Source: Camelus ferus (taxonomy: Eukaryota). Taken from it: a DNA stretch of 64,000 nucleotides. The notes below the pieces were generated by a model. That model searched no databases, was not told the origin of the DNA, and saw only the letters and a list, made by a program, of their open reading frames with translations. The DNA lies in assembly GCF_009834535.1 (NCBI RefSeq), contig NC_045697.1, positions 36,396,001-36,460,000 on the forward strand, given 5' to 3'. Within the stretch, counting starts at the first letter, position 1, and each line of letters starts with the position of its first letter. Of this stretch, positions 39,375 through 50,505 are shown one piece after another. Position numbers and translations under genes: made by a program.

Positions 39375-39484
39375 GTACAGCAGGGAAGAACTGGAAATTC
39401 GGAGAAGGAAACAGCACTTCCATCTACAAAAGCTGAGTTTACTTCTCCTCCTTCCTTGTTCAAGACTGGACTCCCACCAAGCAG
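39375..39484 (+). CDS. FIP1L1: FIP1L1 exon 10 (110 nt) [37 protein letters not shown]
   Basis: TTTTTAAG|GTAC...CAG|GTTAGT; lies inside ORF 39288..39500. Confidence 0.95.
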
Positions 39485-40514
39485 GTTAGTGAGACATTGA
39501 TGATTCCGTTTTTCTTGAAAGCATTGATATCTTTATCTTGTATTAGTGCTGTATGAAGTATAAAAGCTTTGAATGATACACAGAAAAACTGGAACATTCT
39601 ACTTGATTGTGGTACAAAATGAATTCTTTGTGAAAATTCATCTAAAAAACCTAGGTAAGCAAGAAATGAAACGTGGTATATAGTTACATGTATGTATAAA
39701 GAGACAAAAATCTCACATTCGGGAGTGGTGGTAACAACAATGGTCTTGCTGTTTTCTGTGCTTGTTGTTCTTACATAAAGAATTATTGAACTTGCCAAGT
39801 CTAGGTCTACTGGCCCAAAGATGTTTACTGATTTTAGTAAGAGAGATTGTAGAAATTTCAGCTGAAAGAATCTTTCAAATTGAAACCATTTTCTTTTCTT
39901 TGGTTTGTTGTGATAATATCTAACTTGAGTTCCACAAGGTACCAATTGTAAGGGGCAAATATGGTGGCAAATGTCCTTTTAACTTAAGCATGGCAAATGA
40001 TTAGCCTGTTACCAGGAAAATGGTAAAGTGTAAGCTAAGACTGGCGAAGTTTGATGTCAGCAGTTTAATCTGGGGTTAGATAAGAATAACTTAAAACAGT
40101 TGTTTATCTGGGCCTAAAACATCAATAACGCAGCTGTTACTAGTTCTCAGCCAGATCATTTACTTTTTGTGTTACTTGCTTTAATTTATTTTATATAGTT
40201 TCCTGATTTTGATATTGTGATAACTGTATACTGTATGAATTCAGAAAGAGAACATGTAGTTTAGTCTTAAGATCAATATACTTGAAACTTTCAGCCAAAA
40301 TTAAATGTCACAAAGCCATCTCAGATTTTGACTGTCTCTTAACAATTAGTAGTCATGGACATTGCAAATTAGGTTTTTTAAACTAAATGCAACCTTATAA
40401 AACGTTTGACTAAAAAGTTAATGATAGCTGAGGAATCCTGATTCTTTTAATATGTAATACTCTTTTATTTTTTTTTTTGTATTTTAAAAGAGATCAACTT
40501 TCATTCATTGAGTA

Positions 40515-40780
40515 TGGTGTTTTATACTGTAAAGTGGTGTTAAGAGCTTGGATTCTAGATCTAGACTTCTGGGGTTCAGATTCTGGCTCTGTTACTTACT
40601 GGCTGTGTGTCCTTGGGCACATCCTCTAATTTTATTCTTTCATTTCTTAATCTATGTAATAATAATACTACATAATAAATACCCTCACAAGGTAGTTATG
40701 TATATAAGTGGATTAATTTATGTAAGGTGTGTAGAACAGTGGTACATACATAATAAATATTCTATATGGGTTACTATAAT
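40515..40780 (+). mobile_element. MIR SINE
   Basis: GTGGTGTTAAGAGC...GGTTCAGATTCTGGCTCTGTTACTTACTGGCTGTGTGTCCTTGGGCA. Confidence 0.75.
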
Positions 40781-40859
40781 TAAACTAATTGAACTTTTAA
40801 AAGTCAGTAGCGGTTTTTCTATATTTTGCCTAGCCATTCCCATCCCCCCTTTTTTGAAA

Positions 40860-42300
40860 ATTTGGGTCAGATTATGTAGGGCATTGTGCCATTATAAGGG
40901 TTTTGGCTTTTTATATAAGTGAAATATGTGGGGAGTCACCATCAGATTTGGAGCAGGGGAATGAAATAATCTAACTTAGGTTTTTAAAGTCAGCAGTTCT
41001 TAACTGCTTTATTAAGCTCAGACTACAGAAGGATTAAGGGCAGTACTTGGGAGACCAGTTAGGAGACTAACAATTATCTAGACGAGAGATGGTTAACTTA
41101 GACCAAGGTGGCAGTGGTGCAGATGGTAAGATGCAGTCAGATACTGGATACGTTCCAGAAGTAGTAAAAGATCTTTTATATCTGAGGTGGAAAAGACTAC
41201 AGAAGGAATGATTTTTTGGAGGAAGAAGACCAAGGGTTCAGTTTAGGACATAATAAAATTGAGATGCCTGTTAGACATACAAGTGGAAAATTTGCGTGGG
41301 AAGTAGATACATGAATCTGGAGTAGAGGGGAAAGGTATGGGCTGGAGGTACAAATTTGGGAGTGTTCAGTGTTTTAAATAGTATTTACGTGAATCTATGA
41401 AACTGAGACTGTAAAAGCAGTAAGTATTATTAGAGAAATGGTAAGAGGACAGAGCCTTGGGACATTTACTTGCAGGTCAGAAAAATAAGAATGAACTGAT
41501 AAGAGGATGGATACTAGTGAAGAATGACTAGTGAAGTAGGAAGAAAACTCTGTATATATCTTGAAAAGGATATGTTTCAAAGTAGGAGATATATTTAACC
41601 ATTAAGTAGTATTGATTGGCCAAGAAGAAGAGGACTGAGAATGAATTTTGGATTTTAAAATGCATAAGGGTCATTCATGATTCTGACCAGGATCATTTTC
41701 AGTGGTATAGGGTGAAGATTTAAAACAGATTTTTTTGGAGTGGATTCAAGAGAGAATAGGAGGAAAGGAGAAGAATTAAAATGAGACAATTAGAATGAGG
41801 AATTTGAATGAACAAAAGGAGGTTTTTTGTTTTTTCTTTTTTCTTTTGAGGGAGCAGAGAAATGGGACAGTATCTGGTGGAAAATATGAGGTCAGGAAGA
41901 GAGTTTTTTCCAAAATGAAAAAAATATATATGTAGCATGTTTGTATCCTTATGAGAATAAGTTACTAAGGGGGAAAATTGGTGATGCAAAAGTGAGAAGG
42001 GACAATTGTTAAGAGCATTGTCCTTAAGAAGATCAGAGGGGGTGGGAAGTATAAGGAGAGGATTTAGCCCTAAGGAGGAGCATGGACAATTCACCCTTTG
42101 TAACAGGGGGGACAGCAGGATAATGTGAAGGAGGGTGGGTACATAATGGTGATGGGAACAACTGAAAGGTCTCTTTCTGATTGCTTCAATTTTTCCCAGT
42201 AGCGTAGGATGCAGGCCTGTCTGGTGAAAGGGAGAATAGTGGAAGGGGGTTCTGAATGTTTGAGAGGAGAGGAGACGGTCTGAAATAGTTATTTAGAGGT
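40860..42300 (-). mobile_element. Long L2 remnant
   Basis: GGGAGACCAGTTAGGAGACT...TTGAGATGCCTGTTAGACATACAAGTGGA, purine-rich L2-like. Confidence 0.6.
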
Positions 42301-43439
42301 GTGTGGATAAACTGGGGAAAAGGAGCAGGATGGCTAGGCAGTTACCTGGAGGGAAATCTGGGGTCAAGAGAGAGCTTTTATATATGCTGATTTTTATATG
42401 CTGATGGGAATAGAGTGAGCAGAGTGAAAAATCGACACAAAGAGACTACATTTCCAGCTTTTCCTGACATTAATGGCCATAGGTTGAAAATGAGACAAGT
42501 TAGCGTGTTTAGGTGTGTTTCTCTTGCCCTTGTCAAGTACTCATGTGTTCATGAAGAGAAGCTAGAGCTGGATTTAACAGGTTGAAGTTACACCAGGCCT
42601 ATATGACAAAGGGTTAGAGGGGCAAGGAAGGTGAGAGTGTACTTGAGGGAGTGATTATAATGATGAATCATGGATCTAAGGAGAGCTGAAGGCCAGATGG
42701 GTAAAGAGTGATGGGAGGACACTGGTGGATAAGGACAGTAAAAAGAAGATAAATGATAGAAAAATTAGCAGATTCATCACTACTAGTAAAAAGAATGGAT
42801 AATTACCACCACAGCTTCTAGAAGCAGACCCAGCATATTAGTACTGCCACTTTTGGGTATAGAGAACAGTACTCATTGCTCATTAGAAAAGTTTGTCTTC
42901 TGGATTCATCTTCATTTGATCAAAAGGATGTTTTTTGGTCATTGTGAAGTATTCCCTAATAAATATTTGTGTTTTACTGTTTATAAAGTATTTTTGTTTT
43001 ATTCTTTATACTTAAGGAAATTAGAGCAGTATCTTTCAAAGTAAAATTTTATTGACTTTAGGGAGAAGATAGTAATGTCCTTTAAGGCATAAAGCTGACT
43101 GCACAGCAAGTATTTAGCGATAATGAGGTATACTACTGACCTAATCACTGTATTTCGATTGTTTAAATCTTAGATTTCCTTACTAATACATATAAGGCTG
43201 TAGGCTGTTTGCACAGAACTTTTTTTTTTTTTTTGGTAGTTCTTTGTATTCTATCAGTAGGAATGCTAGGTTTCTAACTTTCTGTACTACCCAGCAAATT
43301 GGTATACCTAAGTAAAAATGTTAATATCTAATATAACAATGTTTTGCTTAATCTTTGAAGGTTTTCATATCGATCAATAAGCAGAATATTACCTTACTCC
43401 CAGAAGCCCCGGTTGTGCCCCCTTCATTTATTGTGTTCA

Positions 43440-45380
43440 TCTTTTAATGTTGTATTTTGAGAAAAATTGAAACTTATAAAAAATTGCAAGAAAAGTATAA
43501 AAGAAGTCTAAATACTGTTCACCCAGATTTCACCAGTTATTAACTTTTTGCCATATTTACTTTATAAAAGTTCTCAAAAATATTTCTTTCCCTGAACCAT
43601 TTGAATGCTAATTGTAGACATTGTACCTTCTTACCCCTAAATACTATGTCATATATTTCCTAAGAAAAGGATATTCTGTTCCATTGGAAACAAAAATCAA
43701 AGTCACAACATCTAATGAATCAGTACTTTAATATACACACCATAAATTTTGCAGATTACTTCAGTAATATCTTTTATGACAGTTCTTTTCTTTCCTTTTA
43801 TTTTGGATTCCGTCTAGGATTATTCATTACAATTAACTTTTATTTCCTTGTACTTCTTTGATTGGGACAGCTTCTCAAACATTCTTTGGATTTGTTGACA
43901 TTGAATTTTGAAGAGTATAATCTGTTCATTTTGTAAATCATCCCTCAATCTGGGTTTGCCTGGTGTTTCTGAACTATTAGAGTCAGGTTTTGCTTTGGGG
44001 CAGGAATACTGTATAAGTAATACTGTGTTCTTCTCAGTGAAACAGCCTGTAGGTACATGATGTCAGTTTGTTCCATTATTAGTGGTGTTAACTTTAACTT
44101 TGTTGTGGTGGTGTTCTTCAGGCTTCTGCAAAGTTACTGTATAAATAAGTAATCTGTGAGGAGACTGCATAAATATCCTGTTTGTTTGAACTTTCCAAGA
44201 ACTTTTATGTCCATTGATGTCTTTTGCTTTAATGAGTTATTACTATAATGACTACAAAATAGTCATTGTCTAACTCTTATTCCTCTTATGTTTATTAGTT
44301 GGCATTCTCTTTTAAAAATGGGCTTTTTCACCTCTCTCACTTACTTCTTATTAGACTCATTAATTTTTATTTTTTGTGTGAAAGAGAGTATACATGGCTT
44401 ATAAATATGTCTTATTTGTATATGTGGTATATATGTGGTTATAATTCATATTGGTGCTCAAATTGTCCAGAGTTGGTCTTTGGAAACATCTTCTGACTGG
44501 CTCCTGTGATCTTTTGACATGTCCCCATCATTTTTTTTTTTTTTTTGAGGATTTCTTTATTTTCTGGCATTACTAGATATTTTAGTCTTATCTTGTACTT
44601 TTTGCTGCCCCTCCCCTAGAAGCTGCCATTTCTTGAAGGGACCATGATGCCTTTTAGTGGGAAATGGTAATTAGTAACTATGATCTTAGCTCTAGTTATG
44701 CTCTATGCTATTGGGGTGTCACTATTTCTAGGCCTTTACAGCACCCAGAGCTAGGGAAAAAAGCAATTTCAGTATGAAATTGCCATATGTATATTCTTCT
44801 TATAAAGTTTTAATCATGCAGTCATGTTTCTTTTACTTCCAGTATGATACCACAGGTTCTACTTGTCTTTTCCTATTCCATATCGCATCTTCCTTTTCCC
44901 AAGTGGGAACCAAGTTCCCAAGTTCTATATGTATATTCATTTGCTTAATCTTGAAATACACACAAAATAGATTAGAACTCTGCACCTACCATTACAGAAA
45001 AACAAACGTAATAGAGCTCAAGATTTCGTGGCAGTTTTCACTTATTTAGACTGAGGGTATATAGTCAAAATATTGTACTCAAAAATTTCCTTCAGAGTGG
45101 TAATATTAGTCATTTAAAATATGATCCATTGTTTCTGTTTGTACTTATTTAGTATTAGCATTTCTATTCCTCATGCTTATTGACTTAGTTATTTTCTGCA
45201 TTTATAAAACATTTAACATAGTTTCAAAGGCAAGGCCATCCAAAAGTATACTCAGATTAGTTGCTCTTCCCCAGTTTTTTCATTCCCATTAATAAACAGT
45301 TTTATTTCATCTAGTTTCTGGTTTATTCTTCCTCTGTTTCTTTTTGCATAAATAAGCAGATACATAAACATACATATTTT
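43440..45380 (-). mobile_element. Old L1MC-like 3' region (fragmented)
   Basis: AAACTTATAAAAATTGCAAGAAAAGTATAA...CACCCAGATTTCACCAGTTATTAAC...TTTGACATGTCCCCATCA. Confidence 0.65.
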
Positions 45381-46008
45381 TTCTGTTGCTTTGAAAGACT
45401 GTCTTATTAGTCCTTTAAAGGATTGGCAAGAGTGTAAATAGTGGAACACCAGAGGTAAAAAACTTTTTTTAGAATTTTACTTAGAAAGACTTTAATTATT
45501 TTGAAATGGAATTTTTATGAAATACGTATTTAGGCTTTTATGAAACACATCAGAATGTTGCTGTTAACTGGTTACGCTAACAATATTTATTCATATTATT
45601 GAAGAATTAGGGAAAGAAATAACCAAAGTTTTGAATACGGTTTTGTGAAACTGCAGAAATTGTTACTAATTTATAAAAGCACAGAAATTTATTTCTTGAT
45701 ACTATATGTAACCTGAAGTAAACCGTTTGGTTCTTTTCTCATTTCTGCATTTTGACATCATACTGTCTGTGTTGAAAAATATTCCTAAAAATATTCTAGA
45801 GTTAATGTTGATAACAGGCACATCTATATTTGAATACCACTATCAGTCTGAGTCCCACAGCAAGTATTTCAGGTGACTTGAAGAGAATGATACTATAGGA
45901 ACATGCTAAAGGACTTCAGAAAAAGCATGTCAAGGAAAAGAAGAAACAGAACAAGGGGGGTCAGAGACAACAATATGTAAGAAAAACATAGAAAATTTAT
46001 CTCACCAG

Positions 46009-46116
46009 AAACAGCACCTCTTCTCAGTCTCAGACAAGTACTGCCTCCAGAAAAGCCAGTTCAAGCGTTGGGAAGTGGCAGGATCGATATGGGAGGGCCG
46101 AATCACCCGACCTAAG
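46009..46116 (+). CDS. FIP1L1: FIP1L1 exon 11 (108 nt, frame-preserving) [36 protein letters not shown]
   Basis: CACCAG|AAAC...AAG|GTAAGG; phase 2-2; recognised FIP1L1 peptide. Confidence 0.92.
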
Positions 46117-47072
46117 GTAAGGCTGTTTTTAAACATTGGATGCTCCTGATGTTTAGATCATCAGTGTTGTTTTGTCTTATTAGAAAGATAATAAATTTTG
46201 AGTAGACTGTGCCATATTTTCCCCCTAAATTATATTTTTCAGTATAGAATTGAAGGATTTTTTAAGTTACCTCATGAATCAGGTCCTGTCACCTCATGTC
46301 TTGCCCTTCATCTCTCCAGCCTTTTGTAGTATATTATTAGTTGCATGGAACCATGCTAATGGGTGCTGAGTAAATGTTTTTTCTTCCCCTTGCTGCAGGT
46401 TTAATTTTCCTTTCTCATATCATACCCTATTTAAAAATCCATGGGTGCTTTTCACTATCTGTGGAATAAAATTTAGCCCTCTGAGCCTGTCTTTAGGACC
46501 TATAAAATTAGGCTCCACTGAGTCTTTTCAGTCTTTATATCCCAACAACAGTGCGTTAGCCTGCCAGTCTATTAAATGGGTCTACCAGCTGTCCTAGGAA
46601 GTAATACGTACCTTTTACTCATGATCCACCCTCCATAGAATTTTGGTTTGTGTTCTAAATCTTAAATTAACAAGCATACAGCCTTGGATGGGTATTGTAA
46701 ATTCTCTCAGCCTATAAAATGGGAATAATAATTTCTATCCTAAGGGATGTAATGAGAAGCAAATATTTTAGGGTATGAAAATGCATTGCCAACAGTAATC
46801 AGTGTAAGCAATTATACTTTGCTTGCCTTAGAAATAAAGACTAAGATACCTTCCTAATTTATCTTTTGAAGTTTTAAATAAGGTGATAGTATATGGGGGT
46901 TTATTTTGTCTGCTTTTGTGGTTAAAGAATTTTAAGCTTTCTTCCTGGGCAGTTTTGATGCTAATGTGCTTTAAATTATTTTCACTTACAAACTTTTAAA
47001 TATTTAAGTTATGATCATATGTCTTTGATCATAACACCTAAAAGAAAAGTAAAGGGAGGAAACACATCAAAA

Positions 47073-47157
47073 TTTTTATTTTATTTTATTTTATTTTATT
47101 TTATTTATTTTATTTTATTTTATTTTATTTTATTTTATTTTATTTTATTTTATTTTA
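47073..47157. repeat. (TTTTA)n microsatellite
   Basis: Directly visible; explains the FYFIL repeat in ORF 47019..47204. Confidence 0.97.
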
Positions 47158-50100
47158 AGATTGATCTCCATTATATATTGTCCATGAATAGTAACAATTT
47201 CTAGTCAACTTGCTTTGATAGGATTTCTTGTTAAGGAGAATAAGTTAGTTATTCTCAAGAGGATATTCATCTCAAAGTCAAAAATGTTTTAACTTTTTAA
47301 TGGATGTCCAAATGATAAGTATAGTAATTGATGCAGATAAAAATATATTACTTATATTTTTAGAGTAGTGTCAGTTATATGTATTGTTTTAACAGGTTAT
47401 AGAATGAAAATGTACATACATTACTATTATTTTAAAAGTATTCATGGACAGTTTTGCATCTGTAGTATACAGTATAGATTGATCTTAGTTTTTAAAAGTA
47501 AAATTCTCCTTGAAGAACCAACAGGAAATTTCAGGAGTTATTTTAAATAAAGAAAAGTTAAATCTGACAAGTGTTGACTGGAGTGTATGAGCCTTTTCAC
47601 ATTTAATGTTCCTGTGGAACCCAAAAGTTAAATAGCAGTGCTAATAATATACTTCTAAATGATAACTGATTTGGTTATTATATTATAGTACATCGTGCAT
47701 AAACACTTTGATTTATATTTAACCCGACTAGCAGCATGGACAGCCTATTTACTCTACCAAAAGGGCACAGTAGAGCTTTCATTTTCATCAAGCTACTGTT
47801 GATAATGAATGAGTAGTCATCTATGTGTAAAAAGAATAACTGCTTTCTTAAACTTAGAGAGTTTTATGGCCCAAGTACTGGATTTGTGTATCAAATTTGG
47901 TTTTGCACTTATGTGAATGTAGGATAGTTCTCTAAAATCTCTAGGCCTCTGCTTCCACGTTTGTGAAGTGATGCGGCTGGACTATGTTATCTGGAAGACC
48001 TTTTTAATCCTGAAATTCTTTATTTTCTGGCTAGTCCTTGATTTACATGGAATAGGAGATCTAAGAAATTAGGGGATTTGCTGAAATTCATGGCTAATAA
48101 GTAAGAGGCACAGCCAGGGCAAGAATTCCTAGGTTTTTTGCCTTCAAATACTGCAGTGCAGGCAAGTTGACTTTCATAAGCAAAGCCACAGAAATACTTA
48201 AAATCAGTTATTTTGTTGTAATTTTAAACTTTACGTTTGTTTCTTTTGCTACTGTTGTATTTTAACATCTGAAATTCCTTTTATATCAATCATTTGACTT
48301 GTAATCTTTACTTAAAATAGTTGTGTTTTTTATACGATAATTTATGTCTTGAAATAAAGTAGTTATTTTATAAGGGAAATATTAGTTCTTATATCTGAAA
48401 GTGAAACATCTCAGTAGTTAGACTGTGCAACTTCCATTACACTACCCCTTCACCTCCACTACCAAAATAAGATGTTTTGGTAACTCAGAAAACTATTCTG
48501 ATTTTGTGATTAGTCTCAGGGAATATAGGTAGTAGGAAGTTTTGACACTGTATTTTCAATGTGTATTTTGTGCTTTTGAAAATTAAATTTAAAAAAATAC
48601 AGGAAACACACTTTCTTGCAACATAAGATAGAAAATGAGATTCCAGCTCTTGTAATTAATGTAAGTGAGAAATGGGGAGGTTTTTTTTGAAACATTCCTT
48701 AAGTCTCTTTTTAAAGAACAGTTAAACAGTGGTTGAGATCCTGTTCATAAGTTACTATATTGGGAGACCCAGACTTCTTTTCTTACCCTGTTACTCTTAA
48801 TTTATACAACATAGTATTTTTTTTTAACTCTTCAAGCTAACTATGTATATAACAGTAACATTTTATTGGTCCAAGTTTGTTTTGTACATTCAGATCTGTA
48901 ACTCTTGTAAAGCCAGTTGGAAGAATGAAGCAGTTTTAATGAACACAAAAAACTGAAATTGGCAATATGGATGATTGCTATAATCTTATCGTGATGTCTA
49001 GTTTATTTCTGTATTTTGTTTCCATTTTATAATTTCAAACTGTGCTCCTGTTAGTAATTAGTTGCAAATTCTAGGTTGTTTTATTAAGCTTGTTTTCCAA
49101 AATCAGAATACTTTTTAACTAATTGAGGCTCTTGAAAGAGGAATAGTAAAAATTGCTTTATATTGTAGAATCACTGAAATATTTAAACCTGCTTCCATTT
49201 CTTATAATAGACAAACTTAAAACTTACAATAAAGCAGAATGTTGAATGAACATTAAATCTAAGATCGACTTCATTTGTTCTTGCACTATGTCTTGATGAA
49301 ATCATACACTGAAAAAATATACCTGCACCTTCATAGCATGTGAGCACTCTGAATGCATGTTGCTGTATTGTGTAGCTTGTTAACATTTTATGTGATTGGA
49401 CATATGAAGGCATTTATTTTTTTAATTACCTATGGAAGCATATCTTTTTCTATCAATGATACACTTAAGAAATTCAGCTAAGCATAAGTATGGCCGGCAA
49501 AGCTTTATTCCAAGCTCTGCACAAAAGTGAGTAAACTTGGCTGCCCTAATGAACACATTTATGTTCTCCAGTGAGTTAAATTTTAGCATATTTCAGGTGT
49601 TTTTTTTTTCAATATAGCTGAAAAAGTAGCTTGATATTTTAAAAATTCAGGCCCCAGAAAATTAGCATGGAAAACAACACTGTAGAAGGGAAGGGTTTAG
49701 AGTTGTTCATACCCGAGCCTGAATCCAGTGTTGGCACTCTATTTCACAAATCATCCTCTTTCCACATCTGTGAAAATGAAACTAATTGGACTTGTATCTT
49801 ACTTGCAATGTACATATGGATGACATAATTTTTAAGCTTGTGAAAGAGCTATTGCAGGGCACCCGCTAAAGTTTTAGGTGTCTTTGGATCACTGCTTCCA
49901 TTATAGGCTTTAAAAATAGTTTGATAGAAAATAAACTGCATGTCCTGAAGACAGTTTTTAAGTACTGTTATTTTTATTTTGGACATGTATCACTTTTCTA
50001 GACAGAGTTTTTTATTAAGAAGTCTCTACCTGAAAAACAGAAGATATTTTCTTTAAAAACTGTGTATACAGTATAGAGAATATTACTCTCGTGCTTGTGA

Positions 50101-50329
50101 AAGTAGGAAAAAAGAAAAAATAGAAGCAGTACTGTCAAGTCCACAAAACTCAAAAGGTCAGTATGAAAATATGTATGCAATGAAATCCGTAAAATAACTG
50201 TCAGACCTTGATAGGTATAACTTTATATTTATTGAGTAATATTGAGTTAAATATTAACTTCTATTAACTTCTTTAAATTCTTTCTAGAAGAGGGCAAAAT
50301 ATAAGTTTCTTTTTTGAGCATGCTATTAG

Positions 50330-50505
50330 TTGTAGTCCTCGACTTTGTCTACATTTTGGAATTACATGGGGTGAGCTACAAAAAACGATCGATGCTTAGG
50401 CCTGAGAGACTCTGATTTAAATATTTGTTGTGCACTCTGGGCTTTGGGAGGCTTAAAAGCTCCCCAGATGATTCTGATGTGCAGGCAGTTTGAGAACCAC
50501 TGATT
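50330..50505. mobile_element. MER5A-like hAT-Charlie MITE
   Basis: AAAAGCTCCCCAGATGATTCTGATGTGCAGGCAGTTTGAGAACCACTG terminus. Confidence 0.75.

Noticed and set aside
39460..42094. 124-161 aa ORFs in intron 10
   Set aside because: Near-cognate or weak starts, overlap with MIR/L2 remnants or AT-rich intron, no recognisable homology or splice context.
45815..46008. Intact coding 5' extension of exon 11 (Lys-rich peptide)
   Set aside because: In the exon 11 frame there are TAG stops at 45896 and 45989, so it is not currently coding.
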